DNA of 64,000 bases from Cyanophora paradoxa CCMP329 (GCA_004431415.1 QPMI01000514.1:310001-374000), one strand, 5' to 3'. Positions 24,701 through 37,396 are shown, counted from the first letter of the stretch. Made by a program: numbers and translations. Notes: generated from the letters alone by a model not told the origin.

Positions 24701-27700
24701 ATGTCCGCCTCGCAGCCACGCCTGCCAGGCCAGCCGATCAAGGTGTCCAGCAAACCGAAGGCGCCCGCCGCGGCAGCCGCGCGAGCCGCCCCGGGCCCGA
24801 AGAAGGCAGCTGCAGCGCCCGCGGCGCCGGCAGCTGCTGCAGCGGGGGCCCGTGCTGGTTCCGCGGCCACTGCGGCCGCAGCCGCATCAACCGGGGGCGC
24901 GGGCGCGGGCGCCAAGCTTAAGGGACCCGCAGCGGCTCCGATCCAGGCGCAGGCTTCGCATGCGGCCCCAGGGCCTTCGCCCCTCGCTTCGATCATCAAG
25001 AACGATTACCGCCTGGTTCGCGCGCCCGTGGCCATCGCGCGCGAGAGCGCGTTCCATCCCGCTTTCGCGCACGCAGCCGCCGGACCGACCGGCCGCGCTG
25101 GAGCACCTTCGGGACGCGATCGGGCGGCAGCTGCAGCGGGTCGAGGGCGAGGAGCGGGCGCGGGCGCCCCGGACCTGGCGGGAGGCCCGCGTCTTCGTCT
25201 CCAGCACCTTCAAAGACATGGCGCGTTGAATCTTCGATCAAAGAACATTATACTTAGCTTCGCTTCCTCTGCGCGCAGCAAGGGGAGCGCAACCACCTGA
25301 ACAAGGTCCGCTGCCTTGATGGCCTTGAGCCTGGCGCGGGGCGCGCCCTGATCACGAGCTCGGGGATCGGAGATTGTCTTCCCGCGGCTGAACGCCGAGT
25401 GCGGGCGGGCGCACCGCGTACGCTTCGTCTGCATCGATCTCCGCTGGGGCCTCACCGCGGTCCGTGCAGCGCACACGCCCCCCCCCCCCCCCCCGCCCTC
25501 AGCCGGCGCGTGGCACAGGAGGACACGTCGGTCGCGGGCCGCGGGGCCGTCCTCCTCTGCCTCGACGAGATCGCCCGCTGCCGCCCCTGGTTCCTCTGTG
25601 CGCCGTCGTACCCCCCGGCCTTGATCCCCCGCATACCCCTGCGACCGACCCCCCGCGCAGGCTTGCTTGGCGGACGGTGCGGCTCTCCAGATGTATTCCA
25701 GCGCCGGAGCCTTTGATCATGTACCCGGCCTGAGTGCGTTCCGCTCAGGTACGGGTGGGTACCCCCCGAGACCTATCTTCCGTACGTTATGAAGGACGTG
25801 GATCTTGAGACGTCCGTACCTCTCCGCCCTCCGCCCCGCCCATTCTCCCCTCCCCCGCCCCCGCCCCCCGCCCATCCTTCCCTCCCCGCCCCCGCCCCCC
25901 GCCCCCGCCCCCGGCCCGCGCCCCCCACCCCTCAAAAGTTCGGCTCGACTCGGCGCAGGTACAAATGGCTCCGCCTCTGGCCCCAGGGCGACTCCGTCAC
26001 GGCGCGCGTCGTACCCCCCTTTGAACTAAAACAGTTCCCGACCGGGGATTTCCCAGCCCGAGCTGACGCCGGCCCCGCAGGAGCTGGAGATCATGTACGG
26101 CCTCCTGGGCGCCGCCGGGGCGGCCGGGGCGGGCCCGGGCGCGGGGGGCTCGAGCTCGGCCGCCCGCCTCCGCGCCTTCGCCTTCCACCGCGACCCGTCC
26201 TTCGTGGACACCGTGCGCCTCAGCCTCGACTTGCTCTCCCCGCCTCTCCTCCCTCACGCCCCGCCCCCGGACCCGGTCGCGCCAGATCCCGGCGGAGGAT
26301 GCGGCGGGGCGGGAGCTCTTCGCGCCCGACAACGCGGCGAAGCAGGCGGACCTCCGCGCCCGCGTCGCCGCCAGCCCCCTCTGCAAGGCCCGCCCCCGGC
26401 CCGCCGCCCCCAGCGCCGCAGCTTCCCACGCGTACGAAGGCTAACGCCGGGGCAGAACTTCACGTACAAGTGCTCGTACGCGGGGGTCGTGGAGGGCGGG
26501 GTCCGCGCCGTCGGCGGCCTCGCCGAGGTCCGCCCCGGGCCCCGCACCCCTCCTGGACCCGACCCCGCCCGGCCCTCGCCGGCTCTGAGCTCAGTCGATG
26601 ACGAGAGCCTTGAGCCCTTAGCTCGCAGCTCATCGATATCCCGACCGGCCGGCCTGGCCTTGCGCATTTGCGTCTCGTCGCTCACATTCGGTCTTGTCGC
26701 AGTTCGGGCAGGCGGTATTCGAGGCGCTGAGTGGCGCCCTCGCCCAGGAGGCGGCGGCCGTGCGCGCACGCCCGGCCCCGCGCGCTCGAGGCGGGCGTCG
26801 TCGACGTCTTAGGGCTAGGGCGTTGCAGGCGGGGGAGGTGGAGGACGGCCTCGGGCTGGGCCCCGAGCGCGCCGCCCAGCGCCTCTTCATGGAGGTGCGC
26901 CCCGCCAGCGCTCGCCCGCGCCCCACTAGGACGCCATAGCGCCCGGCGCATCCGCTTGAGCGCGCATCGCTACGTGCCCGGCGTCCCCGCTCCCGCCCGG
27001 GCCCCTCGTGTCAGCCGCGGGGCGAGCGGGTGGACCGGGCGGCAGATGCGAGCGCCGGGGTGCCTCGGCCGGGACGAGGTCGTCGCTGCCATCGTCGACT
27101 TTGCAGCGTGCGCGCGGGCCCCCCGCACCCCGCAGCGACCGAAGGGCCGGCGTTTCGGATCTCACGGGGCGGCCGGCACCGGCGCATGCGCAGGTGCAAG
27201 CGCGTGGACGCCGCCATTGAGCTGCCCAGGTCCGCTCCGCCCCGCCCCGGGGCCCGCGCCGCCCGCGTTCTCGCAGTCGGTCGACTCGGCGTCGCCTCGC
27301 GCGTGTCCCGCGCGGCCGGCAGCGCCTCCTCCGCGAAGAAGAAGGCCCCCAAGAAGAAGAAGGCCGACGGGGAGGCGGAGGGGGCGGCCCCGGGGGCCTC
27401 GGCGGCCGACCCCGCCGACTTCCCCGTCCTCCTCGTCACCGGCGGTGCGCTCCCGCTCGAAACGACCGGCTCCAGATGCAAGCCGCTACGAATAGATCCG
27501 CACCGCTCCTCGACCCGAATCGAGGCCTGCTCCGCTCTGCTCAAACCGTCGCCCTCTCCCTCGCCCCCGCGCAGGCGCCGGCTCCGGGAAGAGCAGCGTG
27601 ATGGCGCGGGCGGCGCTGGCGCTCTCGGGCCTCCCCGGCGCCCCCGCCCTCGTCGTCCACTTCGTCGGCGCCACCGAGCACCCCGCCACCGTGCGCCTTC

Positions 27701-30700
27701 GAATTCGTACAAACTTAGACGCTGCGTCGACGGCGGTGTCGATAGCTGTTTACGTAGTGCACTTTTTAATTTGGCCCCTTCCGCTTCGAATTCTGCGGTG
27801 GACTTGGATTTCTGGGAGCTTCTGACACGGCGTGGGCGGGGCGGTGGCGCGGGGCAGCTGGACGCTGTGGTGGAGCGGCTGGAGGCAGAGTGCCGGGCCC
27901 TGGCGCCGGCGCCGGCCGAGGCGGAGGCGGAGGGGGCCTCGGAGGCGCCCGAGGCGGACGAGCTCGGCTCGGCGAGCGAGCCGGCCTTCGGGGCGCAGAA
28001 GGAGGCCCCGAAGGTGGCCGAGCTGGCCGCCGCCGCCGGCCGCCCCGTCGTCCTCTGCCTCGACGGTCCGCCTCTCCTGCGCACTCGCCGCTCAGTGTTT
28101 GAGCGCCAGCGGAATCGCGCGCAGCCATCAACCAGATCGAGGGCGGCAAGGCGATCGCCCTCGGCTGGCGCCTCGGCAAGTTCGGCGGTGCGAGTCTCGC
28201 CGGCGCTCCATCGCAGCCTTGAGCTTGCAGCTCGTGATCAGGGGCGCGCGTGGGCAGGGCCGGTGCGGCTGGTGGCGAGCTGCGTGCCCGGGGAGATTGC
28301 GCGGGGCTTCCAAAAGGACTTCAAGGCGGCGACCCTCTCCGTGCGCCAGCCCCAGCGCCTCACGCAAGAGCGCCGCGCGCGCGGCGCATTTAACGTTAAC
28401 ATGACTCTTTATAGGCGCTTAAGCTTAAGCTTCAAAACTTCCGTTGCCCTTGACAGAGTGCGCGCAGATCCCCAAAGCGGGGACGGCGCTCGCGGGCGAA
28501 ATCGTGCGCCGTTTTCGGAGCTTTTGTATCTTAGCTCCAAAAGCGATCGCGGCGGACTTTCAAACGGCGAAGGGCTCTCTCTGATGGGGGCTCAGGTGAA
28601 CACGGTGCTGGCAGACGTGGGGAAGAAGCTGACGGAGCCGCAGCTCGCCGCTGTCCTCGCCAAAAAGGGCGCCTCCAGCCCGTGCGCGCCCCTCCCATCC
28701 GGGCGGGGCCGGGCCGGATCCCCGTCGAGCCGGGCGGCCCCGGGCACGCAGGCTGTACCTGCGTCTGCTGGTGGACGAGCTCATCGTCTTCGGCGTCTTC
28801 GAACAGGTCCCCCCGCCCCGCCCCGCCCGCGTGCATGCGCGGCCGCAATAGAGATCTAGAGCAAACGGGAAGCAGTATTCACCCCCGGCCCCTCGGGCCC
28901 CCGGCGCGCAGCTGGACGCGCGGATCGCGTCGCTGCCGGGCGAGGCGGCGGCGCTCCTCGGGGCCGTCCTCGAGCGCCTCGAGGCCGAGAACGCCCCGGG
29001 CCTCGCTGAGGTGCCTGCCGCGACAAGGGATTATTCAGTTCAGGGATCGAGAGGAAACCTTAGAGTAGAGAAGAGCCGGGGCGCTTAATTAGATAGAGCC
29101 AGCGCGAAGAGCCAAGGCGCTTGAATAGAACCGGCGCCCTTGATCCTAGCTATGTAGGCCTCGCCGACGTGGACCCGCCCCGCCCGCCCTGAATCCGCGA
29201 ATCTCAAGCTTTCTCCCGGGGCGCGGAGAGTCTGGCGGCTTGCTGACGCGGCGGCGCAGGGGGCGCTGAGCCTGGTGGCGTGCTCGCAGGGCGGCCTCTC
29301 CGAGCCCGAGCTCCTCCTCGCCCTCTCCCTCGCCCTCCCCGCCCTCGCGTCCGCCGCCGCCCCGCCCGGCCCCCTCGTGGCCACCCCGCTGATCGCCGGC
29401 GGTGTGGGCGCAGGCCCAGCAGCCCCGGGCGCGACCCCGAGCCCCTGCCCCGCGCCCTCTGGTCCCCGCTCTACAACGCGTGCGCGCCCGCCCGCCCGCC
29501 GCGCCGCTCCAGACAGACACTGCCCCCCGAGCGCGTGGCTCCGCGAACGTGACGCCGCGGGGCAGGTTGGCGCACCTGCTGCGCCCCGCGAGCGCCGAGG
29601 GCGGCGTCCTCTCGTTCTTCCACCGGTAAAACCCTCCTGCCCATGCAGCCGATGGCCCTTCTATATTCCCGAATGAGAGGGCTGCCCCAGGCAAGTCCAG
29701 CGGGCCGTGCGGGGACGCTATTTGGCGGGGTGCCCCCACGAGAAGGCGCGCCCCCCCGCAAATCAAAGATCCCTTTCCCTGCAGCCTCCCCTCCCGCCTG
29801 ACGCTTGTGAGATCAGTGCGAAACGACGGAGAACGGAGACAACTGCAGCGAGGTACGCTCGCCCGCCTCGCAGACTGCGCTAAAGCTAGTTTTATATCGT
29901 GACGCTCTGCCGTCTGCGAATTCGAATGTTAGGCGCGGCCGGAGCCGGACGACGCGCTGATGAAGGGCGTGAAGAACTGGGACCAGCGCTGGGCCGCAAA
30001 GGGTGCCCCGCTAACTCTTCCGTCCCTCTGCCGCCGATCCCCGCGGCCGTGCGCGCTGACCTCGCGCTGACGTTGCGCATGTGCAGACGGCAAGTGGCAC
30101 CAGGTCCGCACCCCGGCCCCCGCTTCAGCTTCCCCTCGCCTCTCGAGCGCCGCGCCTGGGCATCTCGGGCGAGCGGGCGGGCCGGGACGGGGCAGGTGCT
30201 GGCGCTGATGGCGCTGCGGAGCCCGCGGTACCTCCCCAACGTCCGCCACCACCTCCTCATGAGGCCCGCCACCGTCGAATTCCCGAATTCCCGGCCCGCC
30301 TCTCACGCGCGAGCGCCGCGCCCTCCGATGCTCGCCCCGCCCCGCAGCGCGCCGTGGCGCAAGGCGACGGCGGCGGCGCCGGCGCTGGCGGCGGGCATGG
30401 CGCGCCTGAACTCGGTCGCGACCTTCCGCCTGCGCCTCCAGGCCTCCCGATGGTGGAACACGATGGCGCGCCCCACCCGCCCAGAGGAAAGATCGGGCAC
30501 TCTAGGCCCCCGCGATCTCGCCTCTTTTTAAATCTGGAAAACGCTCTTGCTATTACGATCGATTACAACATTTACATATAATGAGCGTTCTATGGATGGC
30601 GCCGGCGAATCGCGATCTCGCGATCGCGCCTCTGACGTCGGCCGGCGCCGCGCAGGAGCTGGAGGGCGCCGTCCGCGGGCTGTGCCAGGTGCCCTCGCGC

Positions 30701-33700
30701 TTCGAATTCAGATTCCCGCCTTCGCATCCTCAGCAGCTAAGACCGGGCTGCCGTGGCAGGGGCTCATCGCCCTCCCGAGCCTTCGAAAGGCGCTCCGGCT
30801 CCCGCCCCTCCTCGCGCGCCCGCCGCCGCCCCGCGGCTGGCCCCGAGCGGCGGGAGCGCAGGTGGACCTCGGCACGCCGAAGACGGTCATGGGCCAGGTG
30901 CGCGGCCGTGCGATCGCCGATTGTTTACAAGACGTAAAAGCAAATCACATCGAATCCGATCGGGATCGGGATTGGGATCACGCCCGCGGGCCTCGCTGAC
31001 CCCGATCCCGCGCAGTCGGCAGAGGCGTCGGTGACGAAGCTGACCAAGGGCGCAGCCTCCTACCTAGCCGGCCTCGTCCGCCGGTGCCGCACGCCGCCGG
31101 CCCCGCCCCCGCCGCCCCGCCCGCTCCCGCTCCCGCTCCCGCTCGCTCGCGGCCTGATGCGTGTGATCGCGGGGGGCGCGGGCAGAGCGCCCCACCTGCG
31201 CGTGCTCGACCTCTCCCGCATTGGAATGGCCTCGGTGCCCCCCGATCATGGCCCAGCGGCCCCTTCGACCCTGCCTTTCTCTGACCGGAGGGGCAGGACG
31301 CGCTGGGCCCGCTGGCGGAGGCGGTGGCGGGGCGGCCCGGCCTCACGGCCCTCTCCCTCTCCGACAACGACCTCTTCTCCGACGCCGCCCCCGTGCGCCC
31401 CGCCCCCGCGCCCCGCCCTAGCAAAATAGGAAAGATAGGGAGGATTAATAGCCTTGGCTGTTAGCTTCGATCACGTTCCTAAGACCACCTCCGACGAGGT
31501 CTCTCCCGTCCCGCCCCGCCCCGCCCCGCCCCCGGGAGCGCGAGAGCTCGCTCCAGCTTCCAATCGAAGAAGCTAAGGCGGCTATCGATGATCGAGTGTG
31601 GGGGGGCCGTGCGCCCCGCGCGTGCCGAAAGCGCGAGAGCGCGATCTAGATCTAGCTTGAGATTGCATCCCCGCGAGGTTCGATGTCATTTCATTCGTCC
31701 GACGGGGCGCGCGGGGCGGGGCGGGTCAGGCTCTGGGGCGGCTGCTGGCGGCGCCGACGGCCCTCCGCGTCCTCGACATCTCCAAGAACCGCCTCACCCG
31801 CAAGGGGTCCGCCCCGCCCCCAGCCCCGCGCCCCCCCGCGCCCGTCCCCCTGCAAGCTCGAGCGTCCTCCATAAACATGTTCTAGAGCGTCTAAACAAGA
31901 CCTGAGGCGACCCCGCGCTCCCCTTTTTTATTTGAGCGCGTTTTCAGGTCTTGTGCCCCCGAATAGATGTGCCTTGAGATCGAGTTATATTATCGATTCC
32001 AATTCGGGATCTCAGGCCTAGGAATAAGGGATCCCCCAACTTATTTTTTCTACGTCCTAATCAATGACTTATCGATCGGAGGCGAATATACATCGCGCAA
32101 CGGGGTTTAGATTTCCTAACGGAGCGGGGGGCCGGGGGCGGGCAGGTTGGAGGCGGCGGTGGGGGCGCTGACGGGGAACGCGGTGCTGGAGCTGCTCCTC
32201 GCCGACCACGTCGTCGTCGACGCCGCCCCCGAGGACGCCCACCGCGCCCTCGCCAAGGCCCGCCCCCCCACTCAAATCAAAGCTTCGAGCTCGAGGGGGG
32301 CCGTGAATATGGAGTTCGAATCGACGAGACCTGTAGTTTTAAGAGATTTAGATGCACATGATCATGAAGAATTAGTTCGAAGAGATTAGAAGCACTTGAA
32401 GACGCAGACGCTCTTTGAGGTCTGACCGAGCCGGCGGCGTCGAACGCAGGCCTTCCTGGCTACGAAGAACTCCACCTGCGAGCTCCGCCTCCTCAGGTGC
32501 GCCCCGGCCCGCGCATAGGCTTGTTCACGAGATGCTTCTTTCACTTCCCTCTCTTCGCCATAAAACACGCCGAGCCCCGACCGAGCGCGGCCGCGCCCGG
32601 CGTTGACGCTGACGTGGATCTCACGGCCGGCGGCCCCGACGCATGCGCAGGCTCGTCGAGGTGCGGCACACGAACCAGCGGCTGCGGAGGAAGCGGGGCC
32701 TGAAGGGGTACCCCAAGTCGAAGGACTTCCTCATGCTCTGGGCCTCCGACCTCGCCGTCGCCAAGTGAGTGGGGCATGGGACGCCCGCGCCGCGAGATCA
32801 GCGTGGGCCCTCGTGGCTATCGGTCTTCGGTGCTGACCGCGAGGCCGGCGCCCGAACGCTGCAGGGGCGGGGCGGTGCAGGAGCCACCGCCCTCGCCCTC
32901 GGCCGTCACGATCCGAACGATCGTCCACGACGTGCGGGTGCGCGCAGGCGCGAAGCTTTATTTTGAGAAATAATCTCTACCTCAACTCCCACGAGCTCCA
33001 TTCTTCGCCGATTCGATCTCAAGCTGGGTCCGGTGGTGAGCAGGTACCGAAGGCGGACGACTGGTACGGGCGGTGGGAGAAGGGCTGGATCGGGCGCGTG
33101 CTGGACCCCCTCGAGGCCGCCTCGGAGCGCCCCCGCTCCCTCGACCCCGCCCTTGGCGCCGAGGCGCGCCCGCGCCCCGGCCTCCATTTCCCCCCGTCCC
33201 CATAGCTGAAACATTCAGGCCTTCGAATCACCTCCGCCCGCCCCTTGACCCGCGCCTGTCGCCCCAGGCGGACGGCCTGGTTGGGATCTGGGAGAGCAGC
33301 GCCGGCGTGGGGGGCGGGACCGAGCTGCGCGTCCAGCTCTGCGAAAGCGACACAGAGGTGCGCGCAGGCGGCGCCAGAAAGAAGCGAGCTGTGCATGCGA
33401 GATATCGATGTTTTTTAAAAAACATTTGTAGTCGTCTTACGCGCGCGCGGGGGGCTCGGCGTCAGGGGGCGATGCGCGTCTTCGCCTGCACGCTGCGGGA
33501 CCCCGAGGTCGGCCTCCTCGTCGGCCGATCCCGCCCCGCCTTCGCCGCCGCCGCCGCCGAGCTCTCCCTCTCCGCCAAGCTCCTCGCCGGTTCGAGCACC
33601 GGCGCTGAGGAAATCAAATTAAAGGGCATAGATTTGATTCTCCGGTTCGCCACCACGATGACGGGTTGCACAGAGCCGGAGGGGACGCCGAAGGAGGGGG

Positions 33701-34036
33701 AGGGCCCGAAGGATGCCCCGAGGCGGCTGCGGGAGTGGCAGCTCGCAACGATAGCTCTCGCCATGCGCGGCCCGGCCCTCGAGGTGCGCGCTGCCCGTTC
33801 CCGGTCGCGAGGAACTAATTGCGCGAGCGCTTGCAATCGAGTATATGTAATTTTAATGAGTAACGCCTGCACATGCGTGCAAATCCGATCGCGAGCTCGA
33901 GACTTGTTTGAGACATGGTTTAATCGTCCCTTGGGGCGCGCAGGCGCGCCTCACGGCATCGTTTGCGGACGGGAGCCCCGCGTCGGCCAGCGTTCCCGAC
34001 TTTGAGAAACGCTGGACGCTCCGGCGCGTTCTGTAG
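24701..34036 (+). CDS. STAND NTPase: DUF4062 - NACHT-type P-loop - RI-like LRRs - extra C-terminal domain (NLR-like architecture), multi-exon
   Basis: DUF4062 motifs RVFVSSTFKDM (25191), FVCIDLRWG, LCLDEIARCRPWF, YGWVP, SVT|ELEIMYG. Walker A VLLVTG|GAGSGKSS (~27420-27600), LVVHFVGA, Walker B VVLCLD|AINQI (~28050-28140). Helical region LYLRLLVDELIVFGVFE, GGLSEPEL, LSFFHR. LRRs HLRVLDLSRIGM, GLTALSLSDNDL, ALRVLDISKNRL. Predicted end KRWTLRRVL* at 34034-34036. Confidence 0.85.
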
Positions 34037-34356
34037 ATGCCACTTCTTTGTGTTCTCCTCGAAATCTCTATAGCTAAATTCGACGTCCAATCGATAATAG
34101 TGGCGCCGGGCAGCAATTGTTTCGTAAACGTCGAAGCAAACATGATCGTCCAGTTCCAGGTCTTAAGCTTTGTCCCGGGAGAAGGACGCCATTCGCATTC
34201 TAATCTATCAGACGCGCAGTCGATCGCAAAACACTCGATCGAGAGTCATTGAAATGATACCGATGTCTCGCGTACCACAGATACTTTAAGCTTTCATGTA
34301 CATTTAATTACATATACACGTGCACAATGGCACGGAATTCAAATTAAAAGATTGGA

Positions 34357-35511
34357 TCACAGGATGGACTGGTCGAGCGCGTCGATGCACTCGGCGTCGG
34401 CCTCGACCTCGTTGTACTCACGGTCCGCATCAACGAGCATCTGCGAACGGGCGTGCGCAGTGCAAATTCAATTGAAAGTCAATCGCAACAAACAATTGCC
34501 AGCTGTACATGTGCGTGTACGCATATACGTATAGATCTGATGAGCGCGAGCGCACCGCAGTGCCGGCGTCCTCGGTGTGAAGGCCCATGCGCATGTCGAT
34601 GGAGAAGAAATCCTCCAGCTCGAGCTCGCCAACGACCGGGGCGGTCTCGTCCAGCTGCCACTTGACACTGCGCGCGCGCCCTTACGGTCAGATACTTGCA
34701 TGAGCATGCGCATGCGCATTGCCAGCTGCTTATTCGATAATAATATAAATTGCGGGACTCACGTCGTGCCGGCGCTGATCTCGTTGGCCGCTTTGGTGGG
34801 AACGACGATGTTGTAGCAGTCGGCCTTCTCATCGTTGCCACCCGCCCAAGAGTGCTGAGTGCTCAGCGACTTGTGCCCGTTGAAGGCACACCTGCACGTG
34901 CGCGGAAACGGAAGGTCACGTGCGCGGTAATTTCTTGTAAACGGAGCCAAGCAGAAAGTGCAGCACTTACACCTTCCAGAAATCATCGCCAACGTTCTTC
35001 GTCGTGAGGACCTTGGTGCCGGTGCACTTCGGCCCCTGTTTGCGCAAAAGCGCGCGTCAGGCAGTGTACATGTCGCGCCCGGGATTCCCGACAATCAATC
35101 GCGAATGTAAGCAAGCTTTAAGCCATGGCCAAGTGCGAAAGTCGCACCGTCCAGCAGGCCTTGTTGTGCGTTCCTGCGCGTGCGGTGCGGGCGCAAGCAT
35201 TGCATTCAATATTGGCGGGTTTACACGTACAGATTGTACATATCGATAATGAAGTGATTCGGTGAGAAATTAAATTATATATAATATTAATGCATATGCA
35301 TGCGCATATTCAGGGCGATACTGAAGATGAAAAGAAGGCGGGGCTGCCGGGCTGGCTCTAGATCTGTACATGTACGCGCACGTATGGATGCAACGGTATC
35401 GTTGCGTTTTAAAATCCCGCACGCGTACGCTGAGCGCTTTTCCTAGATCAAGAGGACGGCGTGTGACGCGCGCGCACCAGAACCAACGGAGATTCCGCCG
35501 ACGGTGGGCAT
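34357..35511 (-). CDS. Small 6-exon orphan protein, 149 aa, not represented as a whole in the ORF track
   Basis: Six exons joined by five phase-compatible GT-AG introns give MPTVGGISVGSGTHNKACWTGPKCTGTKVLTTKNVGDDFWKVCAFNGHKSLSTQHSWAGGNDEKADCYNIVVPTKAANEISAGTTVKWQLDETAPVVGELELEDFFSIDMRMGLHTEDAGTAMLVDADREYNEVEADAECIDALDQSIL*. Confidence 0.75.
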
Positions 35512-35719
35512 GGCTAGCGCTGCTTGCTTCTAGATCTAGATCTAGATTCTAGACTCCCGATTCCTTGCGTATCGCTCCTTGCGTACCGCTGAGGCCTTGC
35601 CGCTGAGGCCTTAATGAGAATGAGACTGCAGACTCAGTGCAGACTCTGCCGCAGTGCAGAGTGCTGCCGCAGTGCAGCCGCACTGCTGCGCGGGCCAGCG
35701 CGGCGCCGGCAGCCGGCTA

Positions 35720-35963
35720 CCGTGTGATACTTATTTACTGCGCCACAAATTACTGCGTTCCAAATTTTCTGCGCCGGTAGGCGCTTTACTGAGCTACCAA
35801 ATTACTGCGTTCCATCGGCCGGACTCGAAAATGTATTAATATTATTTGTTAGGAAATAGGGTAATACTGCGCTACCAAATTAATTACTGCGTTCTAAAAT
35901 TTTTGAGCGCAGTAATATGGTAGCGCAGTAGTTATGTCAGCGCGGTAATTAAGTATTACACGG
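35720..35963. mobile_element. MITE (244 bp), Tc1/mariner-pogo-like, with TA target-site duplication
   Basis: Left end TA|CCGTGTGATACTTATTTACTGCG versus right end reverse complement TA|CCGTGTAATACTTAATTACCGCG: 22/25 identical including the TA. AT-rich interior with several TACTGCG repeats that are inverted in the right part. Confidence 0.85.
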
Positions 35964-36772
35964 TACCGTGACGGCCGCGCCGCGGTCACCGGGCAGCGCT
36001 GCCGCACTGCGGCAGACGCCGGGCCGTCTCCGCCGACTCGCCGGCAGTGCGCAGACTGCAGTCTGCAGCGCAGTGCGCACTGCGGCATGCCGCATGCGCC
36101 CGCGGGGCCGCGGGCCGCGGGCCGCGGCCCGGGGCCTGAACGGTGCCCTCGAGCTCGCGAGGGAGGTTCTGGGTAAAAAAATGTACTTCTCGAAGTACTT
36201 TTCGGCTCGAAAAAACGAAAACACAAAAACAAGAAAAAACTCAATCAGGCTGATAAATCAGCTGCTCGGAGCCTGCTCATGAAAAGTTGTTTCAAGTTGA
36301 GAAAAAAATCAAACAAGCGACATCCAAAAAGAGGACCTTCTCCAGCTTCAGCGGCGCGTCGGCGCGGCCATAAGCGGCGAGCAGGTCTGCGCAGAGGCGT
36401 GCACGTGAGAAGGCGCGGCGGCGGTGACCGGCCGCGGGCGGTCTGCGCATGCATATGCGGGCGAGCGAAGCGGTCAGCTGCAGGGCCTCGCGCGAGCTCT
36501 TGATCTGCTGCAGCGTCTCCAATGCGCCCGAGTGCTGCGTACGTACGCGCCAGCGTCGACGTCTCCTTCATGTGCACGCACGCGAGCCCGACCGCCATGC
36601 TCCGAGCGCCCTTGATTGCCCCGGCCCGCGCCGCGCCCGCTCCGGAGATCCGCGGCCGCCATATATGCATCCGACGCATGACTGCTTCGAATTCGTGCTT
36701 CTTGGAGCGTTCCACCGCCGCGCTCGCGCCGACGCTCGAACGGGAATCCTCGATAACTAGCTCTGCCCAGTA

Positions 36773-36958
36773 CTAGTCGACGCTGCCGACTCGGCGAGAA
36801 GCCGCTTGCAATTGAACCGCTTGTCGACCAAACAGAGCACTCGTCGCCTCGAGCTCGCTGAAGATGCGAAGCACGAGGTCGTCGGGCAGCACATCGAACG
36901 GGTTCTCGTCGTCCGTCGGTGGCTGACGAGCGCGCTTCCGCGATCCTTTCCGCCCCAT
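36773..36958 (-). pseudogene. Truncated F-box gene fragment, paralogue of the 39845 gene
   Basis: MGRKGSRKRARQPPTDDENPFDVLPDDLVLRIFSELEATSA matches MASNGSRKRARQP...DDENPFDMLPDDLVLRILSELEATSA. It then frameshifts (VDKRF survives in another frame) and stops. Confidence 0.85.
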
Positions 36959-37396
36959 TGCGGGTTGCCGGCCACCCGCCGCGAACGTGCTCCTTGCTGC
37001 TGTACTAGTACTACTAGGCTAGTGCGGCGGGAGCGTTCACTGTGGCGCAAGCTTAAGCGTTCGACCCCCGCGCCAGCTGCAGCTGCAGTATCCCGGCCCC
37101 GCGCGCCTCGCGATGCTTGTACCGCAACTTGACCCCGCGCCAGCTGCAGTACGCTATAGCGCTAACACACTCAGCGCTAACACACTGCCAGCACTCCCAG
37201 CGCTAACGCCCTCAACCGTTGAACCCGGCGGGCCCTGCAATTGTACCCCTGGCGCCCTCGAATTAACCCGTAACCCCCTCCCCCCCCTCAAACCTCGCTC
37301 CTCAAGAACCCTTCCCCGCAGGGCGGCCGCCATCGACGTCGACAGCGCGCGGCTACTGCAGCTGGGCTTCAAAGCTCGAGTGCACCCCTGACGCCG

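Noticed and set aside
37060-37300. CRISPR-like or telomeric repeats (AGCGCTAACACACT x2, CCCCGCGCCAGCTGCAG x2, TAACCC-like motifs)
   Set aside because: Only two copies each, irregular spacing, no cas genes, eukaryotic context and no tandem telomere array.
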